Under the pieces are notes generated by a model that saw only the letters and a list, made by a program, of their open reading frames with translations, had not been told where the DNA came from and searched no databases. From contig NC_089433.1 of NCBI RefSeq assembly GCF_026210795.1, forward strand, positions 744,001-808,000: a stretch of 64,000 bases of DNA. Direction: 5' to 3'. The stretch is from Rhizophagus irregularis (taxonomy: Eukaryota). The translations under genes and the position numbers were made by a program. Positions 14,309 to 29,682 of this stretch are shown here, piece by piece (position 1 is the first letter of the stretch; each line of letters begins with the position of its first letter).

Positions 14309-15871
14309 ATGGAATCTCAATTATCAACCGAAACTTGGACTCAAATATTTAATTATCTTGAATCACGAGCGGATTTACATTCATGTCTATTAGTGAATAG
14401 ATTATGGTGTAGAATAATGGTTAAAATATTATGGGAACATCCGTTTTCATATAATATGTCCCATGAAAAATTCAAATCGATTTTAAAAACTTATTTAACA
14501 TGTTTAAATGAACGATCGATTGAAAGATTAGAAGAATCAGGAATAAAATTAATTATGTTTAATAATAAGAAACCGATGTTCGCTTATAACGAATTTTTAA
14601 GAGATTTAGTCATCGATTCAATTAGATTCGATATATGTATATACAATTTGATTAATGAATCAAAAGAAGAACAAAAAATTAAAAAAATTAATAAAAAAAG
14701 AAGAAATTTTCAAGAAAAAAGCGAAGATTTAAAAGATATTAGAAAAATTCAACAAAAATATTCAAAAGAAGGTGATTTGATACTTGAAGAATTAATAAAA
14801 TTAATATGTAGTAAATCTAATAAAATACGATCATTATCAGTATCACCTTGTAATATGATGGATTATATGATCACGCTATTAAAAGATGAAAATAATTATT
14901 ATTTTAATAATATTAAATCTTTTACAATTAATTCAACATCTAAGGTCTATAATTCATATGAACTAATTAAAGTTTATGAATTAATTTTTGCTTTATCACG
15001 TGTTTCAAAAAATATAACTCATATAAGAGTTAACAATGCTTGTCAAAGTTATCAAAGTGAACTAGGAGATTCATTAGGAATTCTATTAAATTCACAAACT
15101 AATTTACGTTCATTAGATTTGGAATATCTGACCGAACCAGTATATTATGAACCAATTATATCAAAATCAAATATTATTTCTACATTAAGTGATATATCAT
15201 TTAAAAACATTAATTTCGGGAATATTTCTCAAAAATCTATGAACTCTTTAATCAAATTATCTCAGAATTTAAAAATATTAAAAGTTGCTTCATGTTTAAA
15301 TTGTTCATTATTATGTGATGCAATGAAACAATGTTCAAATTTGGTAGAATTTACTTATGAAACATGTCAATTTGGTGAAGATTTAGATTTCTTATTAACA
15401 ATATTAAAATCTTCATCATCCTCTCTTAGATATTTGGATATATTTTGGATAAGAGATGGTAGTAATGATAATGAATCATTACTTAAAAGACTAAAATTAA
15501 TTAATTGTATATCTGAACATTGTACAAAACTTACTTACCTAAAATTACGTAGATTAAATAGCGAAGATTTATTTTCGATTTGGTACGGTTGTAAACAATT
15601 GGAAGTACTTAGTTTTTTTTGTAATGAACATAGTGATTGGGATGATTCTTTGGAAGATTTGGGAAGATTATTACCTTGTACTCTCAAGGTACTAAAGATT
15701 GGTCATTGGATCGAAATGCCTTTTAGTGCCATGGCTCTAGAAAGTTTTTTGAAGGGCTGTAAAGAGAGTTTAAAGAAATTAGAAATTTATAGTTTTAAAA
15801 AATTATGTAAACACAGCGAGTACGTTAGTGTGTTAGAAAATAGTGGGGTATATTATGAACTGATTTCTTAA
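14309..15871 (+). CDS. F-box / RNI-like LRR protein, 520 aa, single exon
   Basis: N-terminal F-box-like LSTETWTQIFNYLE..DLHSCLLVNRLWCRI.VKILW.HPF, followed by LxxLxL repeats (LRSLDL, LKILKV, LRYLDI, LTYLKL, LKVLKI, LKKLEI). Confidence 0.9.
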   Translation: MESQLSTETWTQIFNYLESRADLHSCLLVNRLWCRIMVKILWEHPFSYNMSHEKFKSILKTYLTCLNERSIERLEESGIKLIMFNNKKPMFAYNEFLRDLVIDSIRFDICIYNLINESKEEQKIKKINKKRRNFQEKSEDLKDIRKIQQKYSKEGDLILEELIKLICSKSNKIRSLSVSPCNMMDYMITLLKDENNYYFNNIKSFTINSTSKVYNSYELIKVYELIFALSRVSKNITHIRVNNACQSYQSELGDSLGILLNSQTNLRSLDLEYLTEPVYYEPIISKSNIISTLSDISFKNINFGNISQKSMNSLIKLSQNLKILKVASCLNCSLLCDAMKQCSNLVEFTYETCQFGEDLDFLLTILKSSSSSLRYLDIFWIRDGSNDNESLLKRLKLINCISEHCTKLTYLKLRRLNSEDLFSIWYGCKQLEVLSFFCNEHSDWDDSLEDLGRLLPCTLKVLKIGHWIEMPFSAMALESFLKGCKESLKKLEIYSFKKLCKHSEYVSVLENSGVYYELIS

Positions 15872-17430
15872 GGCTATGATTTGTAAGGAAATTATGATTT
15901 ATAAGAAAACATTAAGGCTAATAACAATTAAGGAATTTTTAACTAAATAAATCAATCAATTAAGATGTATAATGCATAAATTTTTAATTCGGATAAAGTT
16001 TATAAGAAAAAAATTATGAATTAATAATTCATGCATACAATATAACATTATTCATTTTACTTTTTAAGTTATATAAATATGTTCTAGTCATTTGCTAGTT
16101 TTTTTAAAGATAGGAGTATCTTATGAAAGACTCGTTACATGCATGCGGTGCATGCGGTGCATGCGGCTTATGTAGGGCTAGTTTGTAGGCTAAACAGGGC
16201 TTAAATACAACTCGCCGTTTTTTTCTGCATAACGTAAGACGCCACAAACTCATAGTAATGCATTTGGATCACGTGGTTTTAATATGTCAGAGTTGGAGAT
16301 ACTGGGAACTAATCAATGGATTTTCTATTTTGTCGATCACACTTAATATGACTTTTTTTTTCTTTTTTCTTTTTTCTTATCTCATTTGTCCATTCGTCTC
16401 ATTTAATCCATTTTCCTAAATCCTAATCTCTCCGTACAAATCCCCTTATCTTCATAGATTGATATTTTTATTTTATCGCATGATTATACATAATTGATAT
16501 AAAAAAGTGAAATAAGATAATGTATGAAAATTTTATAGAAAAAGTTTAAATAAAGTTTATGAAGTGGATTAAAAATAGCAGATATTTAAAAATGAAATTT
16601 ATAGAAATAAGAGGTTATAATTAATGCATGAACAAAAGCGTCAGACTTTTATTGGATGTGGAGGTCACGGGACCGAATGATTGGATGAAAATGGGTTACG
16701 TAGTGGCCATTTTCATCAATCAATGAAGGACCCTGTGACCGATATAGATGAACATATTCTAGCAAATTCTAGCAGTTTTATCAGCTGCTCCAGAAATTAT
16801 TGTAACATTCGTTTGATTTATTTCATCTCCCTTTTTTTTTTAGCTACTCCCACCCCCATTCAATATATATATATATGGATTGATTATTTAACCCAATTTG
16901 ATATATTACGATCGAATATCAAAATGACAATCAAATAAACTTAAATGTTTAAATGGATCGGATAGACGGATGAGATGATGGACTATCAGGATTATCCGGA
17001 TTATCCATTGATGGTGGTGTTACAATCACATTTCAATAATAAAGATTAAAAGCACATTCTGTACATCATGTACCGATTTAATAACAACTTTACTATAATC
17101 TAATTAAATTACTAAATTACAAAACTTATCTACACGCTATCTAAACGCTATTTAGATACTAAAATGATGCTCACATGCTATTCCCATTGGTTTACGAATA
17201 AAAAATCACGATTGAACTCATTGAGTTTTACGTAATTTTGGCATAATATTTACGTATGAAATGCTGTTGCTCACAAAGGTAATCCAAACTAATCCAAACT
17301 AAGGGTCGATCACATCACTCAAGTATTCATCATGCTCGTCTCCTGACTTAAATAATAATATTGTCTTTGTTTAGAATAAATTCATTTTGACAACGAAGGA
17401 CAAATTATACAATTAATTGATAACTACCTG

Positions 17431-18720
17431 CTACTTCGCTACGACGTCATATGCGAATAAATATGCATCTGTGCATATTCTACGTCGGTTATCGCATTGA
17501 GCCCACCATTGCGTGAAGACACTTTCCAATTGTGTATCTTCAGAAAAGAGGCCCATACAGGTTTCCTTTTCAATATACCTGCTAGCGTTCTTTTCGTGAA
17601 TTTTGTAAATAACTTTAATCATTGTAATAATGATTTTTGAGATTGTGAGAAAATTTAAATTGAATGAACTTATATATTAACTGACCAAAAAAATGCCTCA
17701 TGATCCATTGCTCCTTATTACTGGATTTGTACAGTATTAGCTATATCTTATATAATTCCAAAGTATAATGTAAGCTTTGTTTACTAAATTTGATGTTGAA
17801 ATCTTGCCCAGAATATATAAATCCGAAATGCCATCTATGTCCAGTTTTTATCATACCGTAAAAAGTATTATCCAATTTTAGTTCTTCATCAATTGAAGGA
17901 GTAATATTCCAGTTTTTCCTTGTTAACGTACCTCCCGCCAATGGTCATCTTTGATCGAATATTGGAGATTTTAAAGTTAGCGTTATTTTGTCTGCCCTAA
18001 GTAAAAGTTTCTTTTTCAAATTCATAATAAACTAGATTCCATTAAACAAATAATGACTCTTAAAATATTTCTGGTATCAGTTGGTTGAAAGTGGCTAAGG
18101 CGAAGGCAACTTCAAACATGCGTGAGTTAAAGTATTATCCTTTTCCTAATAATGGATTAATTCCCAAACGTTCACGTATAAATCAAAATAACTTCCCAAT
18201 TATATCGTTGTAATAGAATAATTGTGATTGAAATACCATTAAAAAACATTTTGTAAAGCTCTCATTCAGGTATATAATCGTTAGAAGGTAGAATAATAAT
18301 TAATGATCAATAAAATTTCTATCAGAAAAAAATAATAATATAGAAATAGAACAATGGTCATTAATCTGATAATTGATGGAAATTTAGATGAAAATTTAAA
18401 ACATAAAAAATAATTAAAAAAAAAAATAATATGCATACCTCGTTCATATATCCAATTTCATTTTTGATTCATGAATTAATTAATATCTGTGTTTTATTAA
18501 GTTGTCTTATGCTATTATATAAGTTTCTATAAAACCAATTTGGCACCTAGTTCTCTTTCCTCATATTTTAAAGGCTCGTTTCCAAATGGTATCAATTGAT
18601 GCTAAAGCGTAATACAATATCTGTTACATTTAACGGTATTTGTAGCATAAATTGCCGCTGTTGGACCTGGTACATATTGTCCTATTGGAATCCTGGATAC
18701 AGACAATTCTTAAGATGAGA
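17431..18720 (-). pseudogene. Unidentified fragmented coding remnant
   Basis: Two short protein-like ORFs (17431-17622, 17741-17941) and further coding-like pieces upstream. No recognisable motif and no clean spliced model. Confidence 0.25.
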
Positions 18721-21700
18721 CCTTTCGTAGTATACTAATAATTATTAAAAGATTTAATTTAATTTCAAAACTCGGTATTAAAAATTAATAAATATTATTA
18801 TTTACAAAGTATAATAAATAAATAAATTTAGTGAATATCTTTCTTTATCTACAAGGTTAAATAAGTTCATGCTAATATTAAAATTTTCGACTTATAGGAT
18901 TTTGATCGGAAACGAATTTTTGTTCAGATATATATTGAATCTATAAGTTAAATTAAAAAAAATGTTCATACGCTTCAAATTACCTTTCAACTTTCCCGCT
19001 TAAATTATCCCGCACCTTGAACTTACACATTCTTATCAAGTTTATATCGCAGAATAGATAAAATATTCCTAGAGCAACTCAACAATAATTCACTTTTTCA
19101 TAATGCGACTCATTCCATATTCTCTCGCATTGATCTCAAATAATTTAAAATAAATCGTGTCGCTATTTAAAATCATTGAAGTTTTCTTTAATGTAAATTT
19201 TGATTTCGAACCTACACATTTTTTTTTGCTAGTCTATTTTTTTTTTAAAAAAAAAACTCGCATATATATAGTATGATGATAAATTCATGTGACTTCAACT
19301 TCCTTTTTTAAATAAGATTTACAAGTAGTTACACAAAAAAAATTGATATACTTTTTGCATTAAAAAAATAATTCGATGATGCTAGTATTCTTAGAGATGA
19401 TATACAAATACCTTGATCCTTCAATTGCATTTAAGTTTCATTAAAAAAAAAAATTATAAAGAATATTTTTTTCCATAGTTGTTTATATTATTTAAATTAT
19501 GGTTAGCGTAAGTAGTGTTGGATTTGTACAATATCTAATTTTATATTATTGGACATTTATTGTTCTATTATTTAATTTAATGTATTGTTTGGTTTGGACA
19601 ATTGGACACATATCCGATTGGATATCCGATTGGATATCCAATTGGATGTCCAAATGTGGCGTAACAATAGAAGAATTTAGCGATGAATGTAATCTATAAG
19701 ATTGTCATTAAAAAAATTTATTTCTTTTAAAATAGAAATGAAGGTTGAAGATTTATTATGGTTGAAGTTTTTTTTTTCATGAGACCAAAGCAAAGATGAA
19801 AGGGATGCAGCAATAAGTTTCAATTGTTTCATTTATAAAGTTTTTGTTTGTTAAGCCAATCATCGACAATCAATGGTATTTTTAGACAATTTGGTCGAAA
19901 AATTCTTTCTTTTTACATTAATTTCAAGAATCGTTCAATTTAAAAGAAAGGTTCCAAAGTTTGCATATTTATACTATACTGTATATAATCATGAATGAAA
20001 AACAGGATTTTAAAAACTACCAATTGGATTTTAACGCTTTTGACTATAGTAAGAATTTTATAAATAGATTCATTTATTTTGTTAATTTCTATTTATAGAA
20101 TTTAAAAATTCTATAAATTTTTGTATTGATAAGGCAATTAATTATATGAAATCATAAATTATAACTTGCTTTAACATTATATTTACGATATTAATTAGAT
20201 ATTATAATTTTACGTAAAAAGATATCTATCATACAAAAATTTAATTATATATATTGGATTTATTTCACCTAACTTTCTCGCACTTCTCTCACAAGTCATA
20301 ACTGCCTTCTTTATTTAAAATGATAATATTTTGAAAAAATGGATTTGTATGAAGGACAGACTCTCGGAGTAAATATATAAAAAATTATAATATCTGATAT
20401 TATTAGTTATTATTTAAGGACAAAGAAATGTAATCATAATAAATATAGCAAAAACTGGGAATAAGCGTATAATAATTTTATGAAATTAATCTTAATCATT
20501 ATTTAAAAGCAAAACGCTGATAAACATAAATATTGAGAACAAAAAAATACTCAAAAACGAGATGACATTGAATGATATTAACTGATCCAGTCCAAAAGAA
20601 AAGTAATTTCATCTATCAATAAATATCCATAGTAAAAAATAATATAAAAATGTTTAATTCAACAAATACCAAAAAAAAAGTTCTATTAGAATATTTATTT
20701 TAAATAAAATAAAAGTAAATAACTTACTTCACCATTAATTTCTTGTCCCTCAAAGTTGAAGTAACAGCTTCAAAAACATCTATGCAATTTTAATTTATAA
20801 GAAAATAATAACTGAATTACATGCACTGGTATAAATTGCGAGGAGATGGGACCAACTGGTCTAACACTCCAACTGGTATAGGACACAAGCATATTTCGCA
20901 TAATGCATAATATTGACTGTGGTTTTCCTTATTATTTTAAAGCAGTAGGATATCAAAAATGGGATAGAGTAGATTTAAAGATAGAATTATCACCTGCTAC
21001 TAGTTTATATTTGCTAGAATTTTTCTACTGGATATTTTAAACTATTTAGTTATAACAAATCATTATTTAGAGATTTTATAATAATTCCACATTATTCATT
21101 TCCTTTCTAAACAAACTAAAACATTCTTCATTTTTATTCATTCTATTCAATCTTTAACGCGAACTTGCTATGGTTAACTCCCACGATGAAATTCAAAACA
21201 ACTACAAATCTATCAGGAACAGTTCCTTTAGCCAAATATGTTAATGATAAAACTTATTATCGTCATGCAATCCAGCCGGAAATCTACTCAGGATCAGACT
21301 TGGTGCTCTCTCTTGTGGATGATGAGCAAAATGTGATTCTATTATCAGCAAGCTGTACAGTTTCTGTAAGACCTATTTGGCGAGAAAAGATCGAAAAGCA
21401 GTTAACCAAGTCATGTACGAAATTTCAATATATGGAATGCCCGAGAGAGAAAAAAAATAAAAAAATAAAAAAAAACACCATGCCTTCAAACAGGTCTTGG
21501 TGATATTCCCGCAAATAATGAAGAGGATGAGGTTGACACGGAAGAGGAAAATTTTTTCATTTAATAATGTCAAATGACCAAATGACGCCACACTTAACAT
21601 CAAGTAGTCATTTGTATAGTGTTCATTTAATTCTTCTCAATTCACTTCTTTATTTTATAACTTATTTTGGAATTTGGAGTAAAAACAAAAAACTTTTGAA

Positions 21701-22613
21701 TTAATTATTCCTCGCTAACGCTTAGTCCCGTAAAATTTTTAATTTCTTTTTTATTAGATATTACTTTCGTTTCTAGTCCTTTTATATAAATAAAATTTTT
21801 GCTTAATAAAAGTTGTCAATAATATAGTAGAAAATCATGATGAAAAGAAAATTCCTTAATTTTGATATTATTATAGTTTTTAACACCATTTAATAATTGA
21901 AAAGTAAAAATTAGGAGATCTTAAATTAATTAGTTCAGTGTGACGTAGGACTATTAATATCTATGAAAAGTGATACAAAAGTTACGTTATCGATTTTAAT
22001 ATCGGACCAATAAAATCGTAACAATCACTTTAATGGTTACATTTTTTATTTTGTGTATCACTGCACGAACGAGGAACTTTACAACGGGTCCCGTTCCCGT
22101 TTTCTAATATATTGAAGTTAAATTTTGGACTTTTGTGGTGTTTGGTCGACACAGCATAAAACATTATGATTATAAATAAAGTATTAGTAATATAATATTT
22201 TCATGGTCAAATAAAGATCGTTCATAATACAAAATTAAGAAATCATTATTTCGAATTTGGTTACAAAAAAGCGCGATAATTTATAAATATTAATTAGAAA
22301 TATTTAGAGTTTAAATAACAATAGTAACATTATTATACCTGTTATATATTCTATGCGCCTAACATATCATCAAACGTCACACATAAATCAAAAATGTCGT
22401 ATTTTAAGGTGAAAAGTTGATAAATCGTTAAAAATAAGCCAAACATACCCGATTGTTATTAACCTTCCTGTAGATCCCAAATTACTAAATAAAGAATACA
22501 ATAGCAGAAATATTACTTAATCAACTATCTTCCGCAGTATATATTTATTTGGCTAAATGTCTCCTAAAAACTTGAATAATTTCTCGTCTCACCTTTTTTT
22601 CATGAGAAAAAAA

Positions 22614-24085
22614 ATGCCTTCAAAATTTTTAGCTGAGTTATCAAACGATTTCAAACAACTTTTCGAAACGGAAATAGGATATGACGTTATTATTTACGCT
22701 GGAGAAACTCCAAACGTAAAAGAAATACACGCTCATTCAAATATTTTATGTATTAGGTCTCAATATTTTCATACCGCATTTTCTAATAAATGGGCTAAAA
22801 AAATAAATGGAAAATTTATTTTAAAAAAACCAAACATTATGCCACATATAATTGAAATTATTATAAGGTAACGTAAAAAGTACGTTGGAATTTATTTTAT
22901 ATTAAAAAGTAATATTAAATAATAATAAAATTCAATTATAGATTTATTTATTGTGGAAACATTGAATTAAAAAATTTACAAGTTGAAGATATGTTGAAAT
23001 TGTTATTAGCAGCAGATGAACTTAACATTCAACAACTATCTTCTTATATTCAAGAATATTTAATTGAAAATAATGCGGATTTTTTACGTCAAAATCCAAG
23101 TGAAATTCTCGAAATAATATTTCACGAACGTAACGCGTTTGAAATATTGTGCGATTTTTGTGTAGAAAGAATCTGCGCAGAACCGAAAAACTGGTTTAAT
23201 TCTGATAAATTTTTATCTTTGAAACCTTCTCTATTAGAACTATTATTAAAAAGCACAGATTTGAAAATGAATGAAATCGAAATTTGGGAGAAAATATTAA
23301 ATTGGTGTTTTGCGGAACAAAAAGTGGAAAATGATCCAACAAAATGGAGTAAAGATGATGAAGAAAAGATTAAGGAATCTTTGAAAAGGTTTATTCCTTT
23401 AATTCGATTTTATGATATCGAACCTGAGGATTTCTTTTACAGGGTGTACAATTTTAAAAAAATATTACCGAAAGATTTAATTCATAATCTTTTAGAATTT
23501 CACGTAGTACCTAATCAAAAACCTAAATCTGACGTATTACCTTCAAGATTTTCGAAACTGGGCTCAAGTCTACTTAATTCAAAGGTGATACCTTTATTTG
23601 CTTCATGGATCGATAGAAAAGATCCATCATATAATTATGAAAATCTCCCATACGACTTTAAATTATTACACAAATCAAACCAGAATTTTAATAATGGGTT
23701 TAATGCAACATCCTTTCATAGGGATTGTGACAATAAAGGTGCCACAATTTGGATAGCAAAAATCCAAGATTCAACGCAATTAATTGGAGGATATAATCCT
23801 CTCGATTGGAATGGAAATTGTGGTAGTAAGAGTACCGATGATAGTTTTTTATTTAACTTTACAGACATTACAAATATTACAACCGCGAGGTTGGGTTATG
23901 TTAGTACTTCGATTGGAGCAGTGTATTGTAAGAATAATCAAGGACCCAGTATGGGGAATTTATATTGTTCCAATTCTAATAATTGGATTTATGGAGTAAA
24001 TGGGGATTGTTATCCTCAATTGGGTATTTCGGCAAATATCACAGTTGAAGATGTCGAAGTATTCCAAGTTATTAAAAGACAATAA
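22614..24085 (+). CDS. BTB/POZ-BACK-TLDc protein, ~465 aa
   Basis: Exons 22614-22867 and 22942-24085 (GT-AG, phase 2). BTB: YDVIIYAG..KEIHAHSNILCIRSQYF. BACK: MNEIEIWEKILNW, FIPLIRF. TLDc: FKLLHKS, FHRDCDNKGATI, LIGGYNP, DSFLF, VEVFQV. Confidence 0.93.
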
Positions 24086-24423
24086 TAAAAGCTTTCAAGT
24101 TTTTAGGAGGTTTTTTTTTAAGTAATTAAGACGTTAAGTGATACTAATCAAGAAACTCGATTTTTGGTTAGTTTGATTGTTAAATATGGTTTAAGTATTT
24201 TAAGCGTTTCTATAGCGCATTGTTTTTATGCTTTATGCTTTATGCTTTATATTTTATGCCTTATGATTTTATGTATATGCCTATTATACCTCCTAAATCC
24301 TATTTTTATGACTATGATTATGTTTATGTTTATTTTATGTCTATAAGATATTTTATTTATTTATTTGAATAAAGAAATAAGATTATCTATGTATATTAAT
24401 TCGCTAGAATTTTTAATCAATCA

Positions 24424-24610
24424 TAAATCAAATAATTATTATTTTATTCCAATTTAATTTTTCGCTTAAACATATAAAATGCCTAAATCAAAAAATGATT
24501 ATTATTTTATTCCAATTTAATTTTTCGCTTAAACATATAAAATGCCTAAATCAAAAAATAATTATTATTTTATTCCAATTTAATTTTTCGCTTGAAACAT
24601 ATAAAATGCC
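24424..24610. repeat. Tandem repeat, 3 x ~63 bp
   Basis: taaatcaaa..attattattttattccaatttaatttttcgcttaaacatataaaatgcc at 24424, 24484 and 24547. Confidence 0.92.
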
Positions 24611-24949
24611 GTAATATCGTAATATGCAACATTTGCTAAATTTATATTATTTAAAAAAATTGCGTAATTTTACAAAAATAATTTTTTAATACGAACAGAT
24701 CATTAAAAAAAGTTTAATCGATTCTATAAATGAAGTTAATTTAATTATCAAGAAAAATTAGAATTTGTTAAATCTAGATATCACACTCATCGTTTAAAAT
24801 GTCATGTATTTATTGCATCTCACTAATTTAACTGTTGTTACATCAAAGGTAAATCAAAGATTGAATTAATATTGAAAAAAAGTAGATTTTTGTAAATTCT
24901 TCAAGCTCTAAATCTACGGTTATTTTTCACAAAATTAAGATAAAATTCT

Positions 24950-25165
24950 ATAAATATAATAAGATTTAATAATTTAAAAAATAAAAGATTGAATAATTAT
25001 AGATTTAATTTTTTATAAAAACAACAGAAGATTAATAATTTTAAAAAAAATAATTTAATGATTAAAAAAAAAATAAAAGATTTAATGATTAAAAAAAATA
25101 AAAGATTTAATGATTAAAAAAAATAAAAGATTTAATAATTAAAAATATAAAAGATCTAATATCTA
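24950..25165. repeat. Degenerate ~24-bp AT-rich minisatellite
   Basis: Repeated ataaaagatttaat(g/a)attaaaaaaa units. Confidence 0.75.
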
Positions 25166-25659
25166 AAAAAAGGGTAAGATAATATAAAATAAAAAGGAAA
25201 AATAAAATAAAAGATAAAATATAATAATAATAATAATAACAACCCTATAATTTAAAAAATCATCATAAAAGAAATGATTTTAAATTTAGGATAACAAAGA
25301 ATGTAAAAATGTAAAAATGGGGGAAAAAAATATTAAAATAGATCAACATTTTAATATTAAAAGTCTAATATCTAATTATCTAATTATTTAAAATGAATTC
25401 TTGATATCAATTTCGATATCAAATAAAATAATAAGTTTATGAGAATGAAATAAAAGGATCAACAATAACCCTCGATAATAAAATCAAAAAATTTTGCAAG
25501 GAAATTCAGGGGTTGATAAATCCATCACGTAATCAATTCACTTAGATTTTCCTAAATATGATTAAGAGAATTAAAATAGTTGAACTTGAGAATTTAAATT
25601 TGAAAAAAAATCATATCAATAATGTTTAATAAATGATTACTTAATGATTTTGAGAAATT

Positions 25660-27130
25660 TTCCAATAATTTTCTTCAGATGGGCGGATGGATGATTAATA
25701 GTGTTAGAATAGCATATACAAATAATATGCCATCTACTTTATATCCTCACCTCAGATGCACCAGACGCAAGATATCCTGTTAGATATATGTTTTCATATT
25801 AAATGTAAGATTATAGGCCTCTATTAAATTTTACATCGCTATAAAAAGACATGGTCAAAGTTGCAACAGATCCTGATGCAAATTCGCCACTCTTTACAAA
25901 AAAAAATTTAAATTAGATAATTAATAGACTTATCCCTATACTTTTTAACGTACTTTACTCTTATAAATCACAAACAAACCTGCTCTAAGTCCAAGAGTGC
26001 TCATAATGGAAAGCGGAAGATCAAGCTAAAGTATCAGCAGCTCCAGTTCCAATCATTGGAAAATTTTCATCGTACCACATATTCTGGTAATATTACAAAT
26101 ACTGTACATGCTTAGATAAGATTGTAACCATCTAAAAAAAATATAATCAAATCCTAACATAAATTTTTTCTTTTTAAGAAAGAAAAATCTTTAAATAGAA
26201 AATTTTTTAATCTATTTTGCTCTTATAGCGTTATTTGACAAACCTGTTCCAAATTTGGAACACATAATCTAGAAAACGCATTGGTCACTGACCCGTACGA
26301 AATTTCTAAATTTCTTAAATATTTTATAGTAGAGAATTATTACCGAACTAATTTAGATTACGTAATGAACATAATAATTCAGTCAATATTTTAGAACATA
26401 AAGTTGCTATTGATGAAACAAATCACAAGATGTAAATCATTATCACGTTGAAAGATTACTATATTACTATTAAGAATCATTTAAAACCTCAGAAAACTTA
26501 CGTTGCATAATCTAGTGATGAATATGTAATCACAATACGGTATTAAGGTATCAACTTACATAATACTATTCCTTCAAGATTTTTTTGAATTACGCCATCT
26601 TTACTTTAGATGTAATTGAAGGACCATAGTCAAACAGCTGATTATTTTACCTATTTTTTAAGAAAAAAATCTTTAAATTAGAATATTCACGGACATAATT
26701 TTATATGTTAAGATAACTTATTTTATCAAAAACTTGTTTCTAAACTCAACGTGCCAGTACTACAACCTTACTTCAAGAATTTTTCATAAAGGCAAAGGAA
26801 CATGAATATGCTTTATCTTAACAAACTCATTGCGAAAAGAGAACTTGAATAGTTCAATATCATGATAGCATTGTAAAGAAACCTAAAAAGTTATAGAAAA
26901 ACAGAAATAAATAAAAAGGGATATATAATGAAAACAAAGTTGGAATGTTACTTGTGTTACATACTTTGGAGCACCGTTTCCCATTATTGGATAAGTTGCA
27001 TGACGTTCTAATACTTATTTAATGATATTTCGGCCAGCTGATTTTGCATGTTTTAATTGAGTAACACACAAGCTCAAATTATTCTTATTGTACGACGTAT
27101 TCTGATCAATCTTGTCGTATATGATGACAT
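25660..27130 (-). pseudogene. Decayed multi-exon gene remnant of unknown family
   Basis: Higher-GC coding-like blocks separated by intron-like AT stretches (ATYPIMGNGAPKYVTQ|gtaac, DENFPMIGTGAADTLA*, KSGEFASGSVATLT, TGYLASGASE), with many stops. Confidence 0.35.
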
Positions 27131-29682
27131 GGCGAAATGGAAATCTCACATAATCATATCTACTGGTTTTGCCTTGAATATTTTTGTATCAGAATAAAAA
27201 AAACTCCTAATTATATAACGGATGTTTAAAAATATAAGCCTTGACAAAGAATTTGACAAAAAAATGAGGAGGATGTATTATTAGAATATAAATACTACCG
27301 TATTGATGATCAAATATTATGAAATTAAACGTAAATGCATTAAGTTTTGCAAGCTAACCTCACCACGTTTCTAATTGTCTAATTTAAATAAGATTGTATG
27401 TAATTTCATTTTGGGAATTGGGAAGTTAATATTACCTGTACATTTTCCAAAATATAAAACACAAATAATACTAAAATACAAAACACAAATACCATAAAGC
27501 AATTTTTTGGGGGCAATATTTAGTTGAAAATACATTGAAAATATCTGGAAATTGTCAAGAAAAATAATAAAACATTATATGAAAATTTTATCAATTTCAA
27601 ACTCCATAGTAAATCAGTAAAAAAAAATATTAGAAGAATAGAATTTTGGATAATTAACGAATTACAGTCAACTCTTCTTAAAACGACGTAACCGTCCTGC
27701 ACTTCAAATTCGTTATAATTTTATATCGAAGAATTTGAAGAATTTAATTGGCTGGTTCACAATATCGTGACGAATATTACTGGCTACAAGTCACGTGATT
27801 AGTTATATATATATATATAAAAAAAGAGTTTACAATCCGCAAGATACCAGATCGGCCGTTTATTGGATAATCCATCAATTTTTTTATATATTTTTTATTA
27901 ATATTTTGTTTCTGGTTGAATAATCGATAAGTTAAATCTTGCATATATACTGTACTGTACAGTACATATATATATACAATATATCACATAATAAATATCC
28001 GCATTTATGCTACTATCCTAACTCCCCTTTAAACATGAACTCATGTTTACAATTTATTCTTACCCGCCCGTTGTAGAACTTGAAAAGGGGGATTAATTGA
28101 ATTTATTGATTATTATCCTATTATCCTATCTTCTATTTATTTATTTAAGAAACCGGTGAATTTTATTTATTATTTCCAACGAAATGAGAATGTTTTTTCT
28201 TTTATTAAAACAGGTTTCATTATTTATGAATAATAAATTTTTGGTTAAGAAGAAAATTCAACAATAATAAAAACTACATAAAAATTTCGAGTGATGTCTC
28301 ACGTCACTCACGTGCTATTTTTATAAATTTTAAAATTATTATATATTTATTTGCAACGAAAATATATACTGTATATATATGTATATAAAAAGATCTTGTA
28401 AATATGTGTACAGTACATAAGTAAGTGATATATATGTAATTTAAGGAATAAATCATGAACAATCTGCAATACATCTTTTAATACAAGGTTTAATTGCAAC
28501 ACAATCTTTGCTATATTTTAAATATTTGATGATAACGACATGTAAATGGTGTTTGGGAACTTACATTCGAGAATCGAGATTAAGATTTTTCGACTTCTTC
28601 AGGTAAGAAACAGATTGGTTTAAATAAGTGAGTTGAGGTTTCACCGAATTCTTGAGCAACATTGTGCACTTGTATTAAATAGGTTCTTTATTGAAATGTT
28701 TCAAGTTCCTTTGAAATCCGGTTATTATGGTAATAAGAGTGAGAATTGATAAGAGAACCAAGTTGAGTAAAGTGACACGCCCTTTTTTATTTAAGAGTAA
28801 AAGTAGTTGTCTTCTTTAAAGTGAATTTTATTTTAATTTTAACAATTATGGAATATTAGTTTTTTTTTTGTCTTTATTATAATTTAAAAAAAATCATCTA
28901 TTGATACTAATATTTGAAAGTAGTATAAGAAGTATAATTTCTTTTTTTTTTTGAGTTTAGTATTTGATTTTGAATTTTCGCGTCTTTAGACTTTTTAGAC
29001 AAAAAATATTTATGTTAAACCCATTAAAAAATTCATTCGAGATGATTAAAATCTTTTATATGATGTGTATTTATTATAGACGATAAAATCCACTACCGCA
29101 ATAAGGTTATCGTGCGAATCGTTGACAAAGTAAAATTTATTTATATAAATATTTGGATTAAAAGTTTATAATTCGATTAAAAGAAAAAAAAAGTAAATCA
29201 AATCTCATTTTATCATTCATAAATCGTATTATTGGCCTGCGAGGAGTTAGTGCAAAAATTTTATGGTCACGTGGGTCTGTCACGCCGCTTTTCCTTCGCT
29301 TCCTTTCTTTTCTCTCCTGTTCTGTCCTCTCTTCCCTTCTCTCTCACTCTTATTATTTCCATTGAAGCTACAAAATAAACTTATCTTTCTCTTCTTTTGT
29401 TTTCACTTCGCAGTTTTTTTACCAAAATAAAAAAAGAAAAGCGAGAAGGGACAAGAAAGGAAAGAGGGTTTAAAGACAATAAAGAGAGAACCTTTCCCTT
29501 TTCTAAAAAGTTCTAAGATTTTTTATTTTATATGGTAAATATATACTTTTGTTTTCCGCACACACACTCTCTTCGCTTTCCTTCTTTCCCTCATCATTTT
29601 CTTCTCTCGTTTCCTTTTTTACTCACTTTCATCTCTTATTTTTTAGGTATTTTTGCTGGGGCAGCATGATGTTATGCGTGAC

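Noticed and set aside
16851..17019. Possible CACC-ended MITE
   Set aside because: The TIR match is short and imperfect, with no TSD.
21165..21503. 112-aa ORF as a gene
   Set aside because: No recognisable motif or splice support. It could be a remnant but cannot be supported.
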